A stretch of DNA of 64,000 bases, from assembly GCA_014687725.1 (NCBI GenBank), contig GCA_014687725.1_4094.1. One strand, written 5' to 3'. Source of the stretch: a phage. The notes beneath the pieces were generated by a model. It was not told the origin of the DNA. It searched no databases and was given only the letters and a program-made list of their open reading frames with translations. How positions within the stretch are numbered: the stretch's first letter is position 1; the number at the start of each line of letters is the position of its first letter. Positions 35,368-46,237 of the stretch are shown piece by piece. The position numbers and the translations under genes are program-made.

Positions 35368-35813
35368 GTTACGAAAGTGCAATCAAGAAAGCAAATGATA
35401 TTCTACGCGTCGTTAAATTCTTCAAAGAAAATCCTGAATACTTAGCTGATGAAAACCATGATCACGATGAGAGATTGAGACGAAAAATTGTCGCTTTATT
35501 TGACACTAATGCGGATAATTATAGTCTAATTGAGTTAGCATACGATTATATTTCATTGAACCGAAACGGCAATATAGTTAATATAGAAAGACATGCAACT
35601 GAAGAATCTTTTAAAATTTCAGATATTTTATCCCTGAGTACTGAAGAAGGGTACTTCCAGGGTAGTACTGTTTATGAACAAGGAACACTTGACAATCTAT
35701 GCACATTCAGTGTAATATATCAGAAATCTGTATTAGATGTATTTTATCTTGACACTGCTGAACTGGATACACTAACCAATTTTGTTACTACTGAAGAGGC
35801 TACATTCGAGTGA
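35364..35813 (+). CDS. family B paralog
   Basis: motif LSTEEGYFQGSTVYE; ATGA overlap. Confidence 0.65.
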   Translation: MSYESAIKKANDILRVVKFFKENPEYLADENHDHDERLRRKIVALFDTNADNYSLIELAYDYISLNRNGNIVNIERHATEESFKISDILSLSTEEGYFQGSTVYEQGTLDNLCTFSVIYQKSVLDVFYLDTAELDTLTNFVTTEEATFE

Positions 35814-36346
35814 TGAAAGTTAACATCAATGACTTTGATGCATTACAAGATTTATCAAAAAAGATTCGCACCATTGTACCAGTACTCAAAAAATGCAGTA
35901 CTGGTTTAATCGATCCTAGTACTGTTGTTAATGAGAAGTACAATTTTCATTATGTATTACAGGGTACTGGGGCATTCCAGAAGTGTGAGGTGCGTGAGAC
36001 ACACGTAATTGATACATCATTGTTTTCTATTGGTGCACCTGTGTCGAATAATACTATTTTCCTAGACAACGCTGGAAATATTCAACAATTAACATTTAAG
36101 AAAAGGAAAAAGAACAATAACATTGGTGTGTATGCGATGAAGTGGGGTCAACCTGATTTGAAGCGTGAAATTCACATCCCTAAGTACAATTACAATGCAT
36201 TTGACGAACAGTGTTTTCAACTATCGTGTACTGACCCTGACTATGCTATCATTCAGTTCTATATGGAATTGCAGATAGCATTTAACAGTAATTTGTATAT
36301 TAACTTATTGGCGATTAACATTGATGAAGTATTCAAAAACATTTAA
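35813..36346 (+). CDS. family B paralog (divergent)
   Basis: motif FDEQCFQLSCTD; ATG 35813 (track GTG 35810). Confidence 0.55.
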   Translation: MKVNINDFDALQDLSKKIRTIVPVLKKCSTGLIDPSTVVNEKYNFHYVLQGTGAFQKCEVRETHVIDTSLFSIGAPVSNNTIFLDNAGNIQQLTFKKRKKNNNIGVYAMKWGQPDLKREIHIPKYNYNAFDEQCFQLSCTDPDYAIIQFYMELQIAFNSNLYINLLAINIDEVFKNI

Positions 36347-36542
36347 TCGAATTGAATACATGAGAACTGTGAGTGCAGTGTGGGACATATGGTTCACTAC
36401 TAAACCAAAAATGGATTACCATGACTTTAAGCTCTTGTTCTTCGTTGGCTCTAACAAACAGGATGTTGCAATGAAGGGTTATATTCAGCACTTACAGGAA
36501 CTAATCCAGAAGAGAATATATGAAAATAATAGACCAAAATGA
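36324..36542 (+). CDS. family A paralog (island inside family B block)
   Basis: motif FFVGSNKQDV; ATG 36324 (track TTG 36321). Confidence 0.55.
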   Translation: MKYSKTFNRIEYMRTVSAVWDIWFTTKPKMDYHDFKLLFFVGSNKQDVAMKGYIQHLQELIQKRIYENNRPK

Positions 36543-36711
36543 CATTGCTAAACTATTCAATATATATTCTACTAGAATGATGCAAACAGACTCATATAGT
36601 ACTGAATTCAAAGAGTTGAAAGTCCTGATGTACTTGGGAACCCAATATCAGGAACAAGTTATTTTGGAATATATTAATTCGCTGAAGAAGGATATCCGTT
36701 ATGTACGATGA
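36520..36711 (+). CDS. family A paralog (island)
   Basis: motif LGTQYQEQ. Confidence 0.6.
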   Translation: MKIIDQNDIAKLFNIYSTRMMQTDSYSTEFKELKVLMYLGTQYQEQVILEYINSLKKDIRYVR

Positions 36712-37261
36712 TTTAGATATTGCGTTTGAACGTATGGTAATTTTAATGCAATGTGCAGAAATGCATGAAACAATCCGTCGCACCAAAGGGATTGAATATA
36801 CAAGTAAACTATTCTCATACGAAAGTCGTCGAGGGATGGATCATTTTTACTGCACTGATTGTTCAAAGTTTTCAGTACTGAAATATTATCATCCTACTGT
36901 TTCCAATAATAGTTTAATATCCACATATGACGGTGATCTGTTTAGTGTAATGTATGACACATTACATCCATCAATTTCAATCTATAAAGATTGCGATAGT
37001 AGTTTATCGTATATAATTGAAGATTACTTATCTCCTAATACTGAAGAGAATATTTTTCAGAACAGTGTGTTGCATGATGAATTAAGTATAAAATGCATCT
37101 ATATGTTCAATAAGTTAAAAGAGTACGCCGATAATAATTACTTAATTGATAAGTTAGCAGTATTGTCTGTTTCCGTTTTTAATACAAATGACATTGATAT
37201 GAAATACTATAATGAGATTTGTAAAGTACATCATATGTATAAGGAACTATTATGTCAATAA
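36701..37261 (+). CDS. family B paralog
   Basis: motif NTEENIFQNSVLHD. Confidence 0.65.
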   Translation: MYDDLDIAFERMVILMQCAEMHETIRRTKGIEYTSKLFSYESRRGMDHFYCTDCSKFSVLKYYHPTVSNNSLISTYDGDLFSVMYDTLHPSISIYKDCDSSLSYIIEDYLSPNTEENIFQNSVLHDELSIKCIYMFNKLKEYADNNYLIDKLAVLSVSVFNTNDIDMKYYNEICKVHHMYKELLCQ

Positions 37262-37854
37262 ATGCAAATAAATGTTGTAGTGCAGATGTGCATTTGTTTT
37301 TTAAGAAATTAGCAAATGATATTATATATATGCAGGAAATGATTTATCACAAACGAGCGGATTTAGAAAAAGCATTAGTACAGTTCTCATTTATGCTTGA
37401 TGGTGATATATTTCTAGAGAGTGATGCATTGCGAATAGTATTAGACAAAAATGCTAAAAGATTTTTATTTCATATAGATAATAAATTATGTTCCTCCGTA
37501 TGTCGTACTTTTTATAATCGTGATTCGGACTTATATCAATTCCTTTATTCTAAAGGTGCAGTAGAAGCATCATATGGTGATGGTTATGCCCTAGGAAAGA
37601 GTATTCCATTTATGAAATCATTTAAAATAGAACACATCAGTACTGATGAAGATGCAATGTTCACAAATGATATAACTATGGGACGTGAAGATGCAATGCG
37701 ATATATTACAAATTCTATGCATACATTCTTTCAACGAACAGAATTTGATAATGTATATATATCAAATGTAAATATTTTCAATGACCTGTGTCAGTACTTG
37801 AGAAGTGTTTGTGATTTTGATGAAAGCTATTGTAAGCTTTATACTGAGGTATAA
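37252..37854 (+). CDS. hypothetical protein (200 aa), array member
   Basis: Track ORF; no clear motif. Confidence 0.55.
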   Translation: MSINANKCCSADVHLFFKKLANDIIYMQEMIYHKRADLEKALVQFSFMLDGDIFLESDALRIVLDKNAKRFLFHIDNKLCSSVCRTFYNRDSDLYQFLYSKGAVEASYGDGYALGKSIPFMKSFKIEHISTDEDAMFTNDITMGREDAMRYITNSMHTFFQRTEFDNVYISNVNIFNDLCQYLRSVCDFDESYCKLYTEV

Positions 37855-37859
37855 AACAA

Positions 37860-38222
37860 ATGAACACATTAAGTATTACATACTATACAACTAAAAAATT
37901 AGTTACTTGTTTAATATCATTGAAGACAAACCATGATGATATGTTTGATATGGCTGCATATGAATTAGAATTATCAGAAGATGGCTTCAAGAGCTATGAA
38001 GTATATAGCTATGTTCGTGAAGATGTAATTGACACTACACTAATGCAAGAGGATGAGTTATTCCAAGAAAGTTTAGTATGGGATAATAAGTACGATTGTA
38101 ACTTTGATTTCTTATGTTTAATCCAGAAAGAAATGAAAAGAATCTTTGATAATTATCCAGTGAAGAGATTGAGTACTGGACCGGAGCAGTACAGGAGAAT
38201 TTTATTCCGTTATGAAGACTGA
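37860..38222 (+). CDS. family B paralog
   Basis: motif MQEDELFQESLVWD. Confidence 0.65.
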   Translation: MNTLSITYYTTKKLVTCLISLKTNHDDMFDMAAYELELSEDGFKSYEVYSYVREDVIDTTLMQEDELFQESLVWDNKYDCNFDFLCLIQKEMKRIFDNYPVKRLSTGPEQYRRILFRYED

Positions 38223-38547
38223 ATTAGTTAAAGTAATGTACGCTACTCATATTAAACTACTACTTGTTAAATTTGATTATAATAAAAAACATAATGATTT
38301 CTATACTTTAATTCGTGATGAAAATACATTCTCCTTGCGATGCAACAATATACCCTTGAAGATAAATGATTTTACTTCACTTGACGAGGGGGAATTATTT
38401 CAAGAATCATTAGTTTTTAATAGTAATATAAAAATTGATATAGAAGTTATTAAAAAATACCAGATTCTATTGAACAAAATTATGAATTGTTATCCATGTG
38501 AAATAGGTGGTCATATGCAGTTCAAATCAAAAATGTATGAATTATGA
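38212..38547 (+). CDS. family B paralog
   Basis: motif LDEGELFQESLVFN. Confidence 0.65.
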   Translation: MKTELVKVMYATHIKLLLVKFDYNKKHNDFYTLIRDENTFSLRCNNIPLKINDFTSLDEGELFQESLVFNSNIKIDIEVIKKYQILLNKIMNCYPCEIGGHMQFKSKMYEL

Positions 38548-38554
38548 GGTTTAT

Positions 38555-39091
38555 ATGTTAGATAAAAAAATGAACTCTGGAACCCAATATAATCATCTTA
38601 AGTTGGATACATTCGAATCAGCTATCAGTACAGCACAAGATATAATTGATATTATCAAGTTCATTAAAGAAGATAAGTTCAAATGTTTGAAAATACTAAA
38701 TCGTTCAATGTACCGTGATAAAAATATTCATGTATCAGTACGTAGACCGAAAGATCAAGAAAGTGGGAGAGATTTCTATAACAACAGTGAGCAGTTCGAA
38801 TGTGAATATGATCCAGAATTTAGAGGTGGTTTCATGTGTTACAGTATGAAGGATACCTCACACATTGAGATACGTTCATCGAAAGGTGGCATACGTACAT
38901 TAGAGTTTATTGATATAGTTTTAAATCAGGAATACTACTTTCAACTATCATTATTGTTTCCTGCATACGATTTAGGAGTTCTATTCATGTATAAGTACTT
39001 TCATGAGCACTGGAATGAAGACTTCTATCTGGACTTAGAAGATTACCAATTAGTTTGGGAAGAAATGGTAGAACTTCGCAACCACTCTTGA
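38555..39091 (+). CDS. family B paralog
   Basis: motif LNQEYYFQLSLLF; ATG 38555 with SD GAGG (track GTG 38507 overlaps upstream gene). Confidence 0.6.
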   Translation: MLDKKMNSGTQYNHLKLDTFESAISTAQDIIDIIKFIKEDKFKCLKILNRSMYRDKNIHVSVRRPKDQESGRDFYNNSEQFECEYDPEFRGGFMCYSMKDTSHIEIRSSKGGIRTLEFIDIVLNQEYYFQLSLLFPAYDLGVLFMYKYFHEHWNEDFYLDLEDYQLVWEEMVELRNHS

Positions 39092-39117
39092 CACCCACCG
39101 ATTTTTTGTGATATAAT
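39088..39117 (+). promoter_or_regulatory. sigma70-like promoter with extended -10, inside array
   Basis: TTGACA 39088-39093 (overlaps upstream stop), TG-n-TATAAT ending 39117; hairpin CCCTTTA..TAAAGGG downstream. Confidence 0.55.
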
Positions 39118-39150
39118 CCCTTTATATTAATTGTAAAGGGTTATAACACA

Positions 39151-39627
39151 ATGTCCAAAGACCTATCATTTAGCAATGCACAAAAAATAGCAAAAGACAT
39201 TATCAGGGTTTATAAATTCCTTGCGAATGTTACTGAAGATTTTTTAATTGATAAAAATAAAGTTATTAAACGAAATGGATATCTTTCCTTTATGGATGGG
39301 TTACTCTATAGCTCAGATGAATCAACTTGTAGTATTAGAGTGCTTGATGAAGTACCAAGTGGTGATTTTATTTCATACCATTTCCCAAGTTCAGATAATT
39401 TCAAATACTACAATCATCTTCTTATAAATGAAGCATTTGATACGATTGTAATTAACACTGAAGAAGAGTTCTTCCAGTACAGTACTGTGTATCCAGAGAG
39501 GATTGTTTTCAGTTCAGTGATTTTAACAGCCCTTAAAAATGAACTAAATTCCGATAGTGATCATTTCTACTTGGACCTGAACAATGTCGATTGTATTATT
39601 GAGTACCTGGAGAAAAATGGTTTATGA
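39151..39627 (+). CDS. family B paralog
   Basis: motif NTEEEFFQYSTVY. Confidence 0.65.
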   Translation: MSKDLSFSNAQKIAKDIIRVYKFLANVTEDFLIDKNKVIKRNGYLSFMDGLLYSSDESTCSIRVLDEVPSGDFISYHFPSSDNFKYYNHLLINEAFDTIVINTEEEFFQYSTVYPERIVFSSVILTALKNELNSDSDHFYLDLNNVDCIIEYLEKNGL

Positions 39628-40094
39628 TTACTACAGAATATGATTACGATGGTGTTTTAGAATTTGCAGAAAATATCTATCGCATTGCAAAGGAGTTCAG
39701 AAGTCCTAAACCTTTTGGTGGTATGTTTCAATACGATGAGTTCAGTTCATCTAAAGGAAGACTAGCATTTACTAATGGTAGAGGTAATCAAATCTACGCG
39801 GAGTACTTTGATGATAATGACTTTCATTACAAAGCAGAATACATTTCATATTGCCCTGGGTCTGATTTGAAGATTAATATTGATACATTTAGAGAAGCAG
39901 TACAAGTTCCATATAATGATTTAGTATTCATGTCAGAGGAAATGTACTTTCAGAAATCATTGATTAATGATACAAAAGTACTTAATGCTATGTTATTTTA
40001 TGGTGCACTACTTAATCATTACAAATACAATCAACGATTCTTTTTAGATTTAGCAGTATACTATAAATGCGTGGATTATTTGAATGCAAAATAA
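39624..40094 (+). CDS. family B paralog
   Basis: motif MSEEMYFQKSLIND; ATGA overlap. Confidence 0.65.
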   Translation: MITTEYDYDGVLEFAENIYRIAKEFRSPKPFGGMFQYDEFSSSKGRLAFTNGRGNQIYAEYFDDNDFHYKAEYISYCPGSDLKINIDTFREAVQVPYNDLVFMSEEMYFQKSLINDTKVLNAMLFYGALLNHYKYNQRFFLDLAVYYKCVDYLNAK

Positions 40095-40446
40095 GAAAAC
40101 AATTCAGTACATGACTGATGGTTCTGAATACTTTGTTTCAAGATATGTAATCAACTACAACCATTATGTAACCTATATTCCAGAGTACAATCAATTTTAT
40201 ATTCAGATTTATCAAAATAATGGAAAGATAAATGATATATATTCAGAAATAAAAATCCCTGATTATAGTACTTTATCAGAAGAGGAATTGTTTCAGGAGA
40301 ACACTATAAGTACTGAAGATGTGTACGAAATAATGGAATACCAGAAGGTACTTAAACATTTTCATGAAGCAAATGATATACAAATAGATATTGTTAAACC
40401 GTGGTGTTACAATACATATGAGGTAAATTATGTTAGAAATGATTAA
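40084..40446 (+). CDS. family B paralog
   Basis: motif LSEEELFQENTIS. Confidence 0.65.
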   Translation: MQNKKTIQYMTDGSEYFVSRYVINYNHYVTYIPEYNQFYIQIYQNNGKINDIYSEIKIPDYSTLSEEELFQENTISTEDVYEIMEYQKVLKHFHEANDIQIDIVKPWCYNTYEVNYVRND

Positions 40447-40843
40447 AATTATGCAACGCTGTCTTGTTGATCAACACGGGGTATATGGATATCGTTTAAG
40501 TGCTCCTATTGACAAAAATAAAACAACCTATGTAAGCTATAATGCTGTACATGGATTTGATATATTCATTGATGCCAACAATAAAATCAAACAAGCTAAG
40601 GATGTGTCTATAATGACCCCTGATGAGTTATTCCAGTACAGCTTAGTTCTTCCTACATGTATCGATTTACAACGTCTAGGAGCGATACAGAAGGTTTTAC
40701 GCGAACATAAAGTACAACCCAATAAAGTCACACACATTCCAGAAACAATCTTCAAAACCATAGAAGTAGAAACTCCTGATTATATGTTAAGTGATGATGA
40801 GTACTACGAAAAACACTTCCCTGGTAAAGTTTGGAGAGACTAA
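40430..40843 (+). CDS. family B paralog
   Basis: motif MTPDELFQYSLVL. Confidence 0.65.
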   Translation: MLEMIKIMQRCLVDQHGVYGYRLSAPIDKNKTTYVSYNAVHGFDIFIDANNKIKQAKDVSIMTPDELFQYSLVLPTCIDLQRLGAIQKVLREHKVQPNKVTHIPETIFKTIEVETPDYMLSDDEYYEKHFPGKVWRD

Positions 40844-41334
40844 TGAACCGAAAGTACAGAGAAACTATGAAGTTCGCTAAGGAGTGTTTAGAAGTGTTTG
40901 AGTTCATCAATGCTCATAAAGATTTACTCCATAGATACATTGCAATCAGTGAGACAGATGACCATAGGTACATATGTTCTCGAATTCAAGATAAGATATA
41001 TAAGATTGTGTTCTCGGAAACATACACAGATACATCTAATTCACTATATGATTTTGCACGTACTGATTACGTTTCATACAAATCTTGGTCTGATAGTATT
41101 AAAATTGTGCACAAGCAAAATACATTTTATTCTTTTCTTACGGACATTTCCGAAGAAAGTTACTTTCAAAACAGTTTAATTTATACAGAAAAAGAACTCA
41201 AAATGTTATTCATAATGTCGTACTTTAAAAAGTACTGCAAATTTAATACATTATCTTTTGAGATTTCTGCAATGAAAGTATTCATTAAAAATGTAAAAGA
41301 ATTAAAGAGGGCTTTTAATGTACATAGAAAATGA
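40843..41334 (+). CDS. family B paralog
   Basis: motif ISEESYFQNSLIY; ATG 40843 (track TTG 40831). Confidence 0.6.
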   Translation: MNRKYRETMKFAKECLEVFEFINAHKDLLHRYIAISETDDHRYICSRIQDKIYKIVFSETYTDTSNSLYDFARTDYVSYKSWSDSIKIVHKQNTFYSFLTDISEESYFQNSLIYTEKELKMLFIMSYFKKYCKFNTLSFEISAMKVFIKNVKELKRAFNVHRK

Positions 41335-41860
41335 GAATGTAAAATGCATTACTGACATTTGTATAAAATTAATGAAAATTTTCATTAACCCAAAATACAA
41401 GACTCGTTCTTTACGTCATAATATTGATGAGCATTGTACCATTAATATACTAGGTAGTATTCTTGATGTAAAATATGATGGTAAAATGTTATTCGGTATA
41501 AGAGAAGAGAAGATAGATGATGCATTCTTTTCTTCTAAAGATAAATTTGAACCTTCTGATTATAAAGTGATTATTCGTGATGATAGCATCTATATTAGTA
41601 GTGATTATTCAAATTACTTCGATAAAATATACACTGAAAACGTTGACTACCATTATGAAATGATTGATTTACCAGTAACAGACATTGATATGGAGAGAAT
41701 CAAATTTTCATTATCAGATAATGAGTACTTAGGTATACAAACATATTATTCACTACAAGGAAAGATTCCACCTGCTATGTATATAAGGATTGAGATTGGT
41801 AATGTATTCAATGATAAGGTTATATCAATTGCTGATAAAATATTGGGGGTTGAATTATGA
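41318..41860 (+). CDS. hypothetical protein (180 aa), array member
   Basis: Track ORF; no clear motif. Confidence 0.55.
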   Translation: MYIENENVKCITDICIKLMKIFINPKYKTRSLRHNIDEHCTINILGSILDVKYDGKMLFGIREEKIDDAFFSSKDKFEPSDYKVIIRDDSIYISSDYSNYFDKIYTENVDYHYEMIDLPVTDIDMERIKFSLSDNEYLGIQTYYSLQGKIPPAMYIRIEIGNVFNDKVISIADKILGVEL

Positions 41861-42420
41861 ATATCAATGATTACCAATTTCATAGGCTTGAATTTCGTCA
41901 TTGTGTTGCATTTGCAAAAACATTGATGTGCATCATTGACACTCTTTCATCCAAACAATTTCGTAAGGATAATGATTTATTTCTGAAAAAAGGTCGTGTA
42001 ACATCATCCGATATCTGTGTTGAACTATTTGTTGATATCAGTGTTGATACCGGAGACAGTACAAGGGTTGGTTGTATAGGTCATATTGGTACACATTGCT
42101 TCACATGGAATCCAAATACAAGTCAAGTACGAATTGATTATAGAAATTCACGTTGGGTTGATCTTAGTACTGAATCAGATTTAGAATCAGCTATGTTCCA
42201 GCTAAGTTTAATTCACAATCCTAATGAACTTCTTTACATTATTACTTTCAGTTATCTGTTACAAAACTACGATAAACCATCAGGGTTTTTCATAGAATCG
42301 GATATAGAAGAAATTATGGAAGAGTTTCCTAGTTTAAAGGATATTCTGGTAGAAAAAGATTTCTATGAAGACTTCAGAGATTTATACGACATGCACTTGG
42401 AGTTATTTAAGAATGGATAA
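41857..42420 (+). CDS. family B paralog
   Basis: motif SDLESAMFQLSLIHN; ATGA overlap. Confidence 0.65.
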   Translation: MNINDYQFHRLEFRHCVAFAKTLMCIIDTLSSKQFRKDNDLFLKKGRVTSSDICVELFVDISVDTGDSTRVGCIGHIGTHCFTWNPNTSQVRIDYRNSRWVDLSTESDLESAMFQLSLIHNPNELLYIITFSYLLQNYDKPSGFFIESDIEEIMEEFPSLKDILVEKDFYEDFRDLYDMHLELFKNG

Positions 42421-42931
42421 AGATGATATTCTAATTAGACTAATCAACAGTCTGTTAAATTTCGTGAATAGTGCCAGTGATACACACAATATAGGTGACA
42501 TTGAATTCAAATCATTTGGAATGTACGGTGAGGAAAAAACATATTATGCATCAATGAAATTCCAAGATTATTATGAAATGTTAGTTTCATTATCATACGA
42601 AGATGTGGACCCAAGATGGAGTTCCAGTATTTCACTATCGAGAATGGTAATTCGTAGTAAACATCGTTACATTTCGTCAAAGAATACTCCCAACTTGTTT
42701 GATATTGTTTTAAATGAAAATACCAATCCTATATCTAAACATGATATCGTACCTTTAACTGATGAAGTACTTTTTCAATTAAGTACCATTTGTGATGAAG
42801 ATGTGATATCATGTATGAAAATTTATGAGAAGGTTGGGAGTGATATTCCCATGAACTATTACCTAACGATAGATGGAACATACCTCAGAGATGAAGCTCT
42901 AGCGTACATTGACAGTGTTTTACCAAAATAA
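42413..42931 (+). CDS. family B paralog
   Basis: motif LTDEVLFQLSTICD; ATG 42413 (track 42365 overlaps upstream gene). Confidence 0.6.
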   Translation: MDKDDILIRLINSLLNFVNSASDTHNIGDIEFKSFGMYGEEKTYYASMKFQDYYEMLVSLSYEDVDPRWSSSISLSRMVIRSKHRYISSKNTPNLFDIVLNENTNPISKHDIVPLTDEVLFQLSTICDEDVISCMKIYEKVGSDIPMNYYLTIDGTYLRDEALAYIDSVLPK

Positions 42932-42953
42932 AGACCCGTATTGGGTCTTTTTG
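42932..42953 (+). terminator. rho-independent terminator
   Basis: stem AGACCC/GGGTCT, 5-nt loop, T-run. Confidence 0.7.
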
Positions 42954-42963
42954 TGTTTACGTC

Positions 42964-42992
42964 TTTACAGTAGCATTCAGATGTGTTATAAT
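42964..42992 (+). promoter_or_regulatory. promoter with extended -10
   Basis: TTTACA 42964-42969, 14-nt spacer, TG-n-TATAAT 42984-42992. Confidence 0.5.
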
Positions 42993-43019
42993 CGCTTTTA
43001 ATAGAGTACAGGAGAAGAT

Positions 43020-43586
43020 ATGAGTACTGAATTAATTAAAGAAGTTACCTTACTTCTGAAGCATTGTTTTAAGTTCATTCCTGATACTGGTTCACGCCAG
43101 TACATTAAAGTTAATGAGAAATATAACATCAATATCCTTGTATCTGAAACTGCGAGCAGTTATGCTAACATTGAGTTGGATTCTGAAGAAAAATATACAG
43201 TATTACAAATCATAGCAGATGTACAACGTAAACAAGATTATCGTTCTTCATTTTACAACGATTATCTGTGTGTTTGCTCAAACTTCAGTGAGAATAAAAT
43301 TGTGTATAAGAATTTATACACACATGAAGTGATTGATACATATAATTATAAAATTTCATCTGATGAATACAATGTGCTAATGTTCAACGCAAACCTTTTG
43401 TATGATACCAGTACTGTACGCTGTTTAGAGTTAGCATATAAAATTCCAAAGATCATGGAAAGAAAAGATTTGATTCACTTTAAAACTATTTTAAAATACA
43501 GTACAAAAGAATTAGAGGATTTAGTACAGGCTCTTAAGAATTTCATTAATGAACATGTACCTGTTAAATTCGAGGATGCACAATGA
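43020..43586 (+). CDS. hypothetical protein (188 aa), possibly very divergent family B
   Basis: weak motif-like segment VLMFNANLLYD; SD AGGAGAAG. Confidence 0.6.
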   Translation: MSTELIKEVTLLLKHCFKFIPDTGSRQYIKVNEKYNINILVSETASSYANIELDSEEKYTVLQIIADVQRKQDYRSSFYNDYLCVCSNFSENKIVYKNLYTHEVIDTYNYKISSDEYNVLMFNANLLYDTSTVRCLELAYKIPKIMERKDLIHFKTILKYSTKELEDLVQALKNFINEHVPVKFEDAQ

Positions 43587-44167
43587 ACCATATCAGAACT
43601 AAAATTTTGAGACTCATGCATGACATTGCAGAACTTTCAGAGATTCATGACATTACAGAAATTGTTGAATTTGGTGATTATCGACTGAAAATTGAAAACA
43701 AATCCAAACATCGTTTTGGTTCAGTTCAGTTGGATGTATATAAAACTTATGAATTTTCTAAAAAAATTAAAAGTTCATGGGATACGATTACTATGTACAT
43801 TCGCACATCCAGAAATCGTGAACGTATTGGTTCTATTTCTTCTAATATGGTATTTGCGAATGCATTACATGAAAAAATGAATAAAATTGTAGAATCTGAT
43901 TTCAGTGAAGATGATGGTTTTATTGGGTTGGATGTTCCACCAGAATTAGACCAAAGTGAAGATATTCGAGATGCATTCATTTTCCAGAAATCATTGTTGG
44001 ACAATTACAAAGAATTCGAGTACTTAATGCTTTGTTACGATACTGCAAAAGTTCTTGATTGTGGTGAACTAGTTATGTACAATGATTTTATCAATTACAA
44101 GACTGATGTTCTGAATACACTACTTCAAAATATAGAATCGGTTAAGGAAAAATATGAACGCTTATAG
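43583..44167 (+). CDS. family B paralog
   Basis: motif IRDAFIFQKSLLDN; ATGA overlap. Confidence 0.65.
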   Translation: MNHIRTKILRLMHDIAELSEIHDITEIVEFGDYRLKIENKSKHRFGSVQLDVYKTYEFSKKIKSSWDTITMYIRTSRNRERIGSISSNMVFANALHEKMNKIVESDFSEDDGFIGLDVPPELDQSEDIRDAFIFQKSLLDNYKEFEYLMLCYDTAKVLDCGELVMYNDFINYKTDVLNTLLQNIESVKEKYERL

Positions 44168-44732
44168 TTATATGACAGAACGCCATCAGTTATTATATGA
44201 TATCAGTACAAAAATGTTATCAATTGTTAGTAGTGCAAAAGAAATTGAAAAACAATACCTCATCCGTGATGTAGCAATTTCATCTAAATGTTGGTCCAAT
44301 GAATATTACGATCACGGTATTCTTACTATTTCTGGGGCTAGAAATATTTGTATTGTAAAAAATAAAAATAAAAGTAATGAAGAGTGTGAGATTAGAACCG
44401 ATATACAAATTAAGGATGATGGGAGTTTTTCACACCACCCATTCCATATTAGTACTATTAGTGTTTTATATAATATTAAAGTACTATTCGGTGATGAAGA
44501 GTATGTGTTAAAAGCTATCAATCCAGAATCAAGTACAGTTGAAGAAGAACTGTTCCAGATGAGCACTGTTATACATGAAGAGGTTCTTAGTACTGTTATT
44601 TTTTGTAGTTTAATTTATCATGAATACAAAAAGTTCCAGTTCGATTTCCACATGTTAGGAACATACATCTTCAATAATTTGAATGTAGATCGTTTAAAAG
44701 CATTAAATGCAGCAATGGATAAGGTGCTATAA
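44154..44732 (+). CDS. family B paralog
   Basis: motif VEEELFQMSTVIHE. Confidence 0.65.
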   Translation: MNAYSYMTERHQLLYDISTKMLSIVSSAKEIEKQYLIRDVAISSKCWSNEYYDHGILTISGARNICIVKNKNKSNEECEIRTDIQIKDDGSFSHHPFHISTISVLYNIKVLFGDEEYVLKAINPESSTVEEELFQMSTVIHEEVLSTVIFCSLIYHEYKKFQFDFHMLGTYIFNNLNVDRLKALNAAMDKVL

Positions 44733-45160
44733 TGACAAGAGATGATTGTTTGTACATATGGGATATAATTGAAACTACACTTTCAAATCCAGAAAATTAT
44801 AAAACAAAAAAAAGACAACGACACAAAATATGGATAGATTTGTTCGTTGAGGGCATACACGCAGTGACTATTTGGCATTCACCAAGGGCATCAGCATCTA
44901 CTCTATTGGACAATGAATGCATTGATTGCATTAATTCCACTTTTCATCTCCACGGTACTACAATTTTCGGTACATTTCTGGATATTGAAAGTAAAGATGA
45001 TATTGATTCACTTGCGTTACAATACCAAGTACTATATAATACTAAATTAATTTACGATTTAGTACTAGCTTCTTATGTGTATAAATTAATGATGAAATAT
45101 AATCATATTTCTGTTTCAGTTTATACTAAGGATATTCTTTCATTAAGAGACAAAACATGA
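44732..45160 (+). CDS. hypothetical protein (142 aa), array member
   Basis: Track ORF. Confidence 0.55.
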   Translation: MTRDDCLYIWDIIETTLSNPENYKTKKRQRHKIWIDLFVEGIHAVTIWHSPRASASTLLDNECIDCINSTFHLHGTTIFGTFLDIESKDDIDSLALQYQVLYNTKLIYDLVLASYVYKLMMKYNHISVSVYTKDILSLRDKT

Positions 45161-45666
45161 GTTTATTAAATGCACGAGAATTAGTTGAGATGTATGAGAT
45201 CTTATCTTCATATAAAAATTCTCCAAAAGATGTAATTCTAAACAAAAAGTTCCATGTCAGTGTTGAACATATAACAAATATAGATATGATTTCTTTGGTG
45301 GAAAGTAATAAGTCAGGTCTGGAGCGTGATATCATGCGTTTGATTTATATTCCTAAACCATCATATACTAATGATAGTACTATTAGCAATGAGACATTCA
45401 TGTATAGTCCTGGTACGGATTCTACTATAGTATCGCTGTCCAATAAATCAATGGATACTTTACAATTCATCAATACCAGTACTGATAACATTGAAGAAAT
45501 TGAATTTCAAAACAATACATTAAGTCCATGTAGTAGTGTTATAACCTTTATGTCATATCTATGGTCAACTAAAACAAGTGCTGTTGTATATAGTTCAAAT
45601 TATACACAAGATAGTATTGTTGAATCATATAAAGTTCTAAAGGAATACTATGAAAATAACAAATGA
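45157..45666 (+). CDS. family B paralog (divergent)
   Basis: motif NIEEIEFQNNTLS; ATGA overlap. Confidence 0.55.
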   Translation: MSLLNARELVEMYEILSSYKNSPKDVILNKKFHVSVEHITNIDMISLVESNKSGLERDIMRLIYIPKPSYTNDSTISNETFMYSPGTDSTIVSLSNKSMDTLQFINTSTDNIEEIEFQNNTLSPCSSVITFMSYLWSTKTSAVVYSSNYTQDSIVESYKVLKEYYENNK

Positions 45667-46231
45667 TTTTATTAAAAGTGTAGTACACCCTATGCTTAGT
45701 ATTATGAAAAAAATACAGAATCTACCGGAAGATAACGATTACAAGTTTAATCGTTTTGATTCAGATGTGTTTTGTATTGAAATTGAAATTAATAACAATC
45801 GTAATTTACATTTAAAATTCAAAGAATCTTCGAGTCCGTACTACAACTTTGATATGAATTTTAAAATAGATACTGACATTGAAGAAAACATAATATCAAA
45901 TCATACTAGCAAAAATGGTTTTATGCATAGAACTACTATGTACAATAATAAAAATAGTATTATATCTAAATGGAATCAACAATTCACTAAAATTTGTGAA
46001 ATTGAATATAATGATTTTGGTGAAGAACATTACTTTCAGTTAAGTACAATTCATGAACTTCCACCATATGATTATGTTAAAACATGGTTTGATATTCATA
46101 ATATAATTGATGATGCAATCAAACTTCCATTTGGTGTGTCAATATCATATACTGCTCCTAAAACATTTGTTTTTACTGAAGATATGATTATGAAAAAGAT
46201 ATGGGCAATCATCCCACTTATGATGGATTAA
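45650..46231 (+). CDS. family B paralog
   Basis: motif FGEEHYFQLSTIHE. Confidence 0.65.
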   Translation: MKITNDFIKSVVHPMLSIMKKIQNLPEDNDYKFNRFDSDVFCIEIEINNNRNLHLKFKESSSPYYNFDMNFKIDTDIEENIISNHTSKNGFMHRTTMYNNKNSIISKWNQQFTKICEIEYNDFGEEHYFQLSTIHELPPYDYVKTWFDIHNIIDDAIKLPFGVSISYTAPKTFVFTEDMIMKKIWAIIPLMMD

Positions 46232-46237
46232 ATTTGT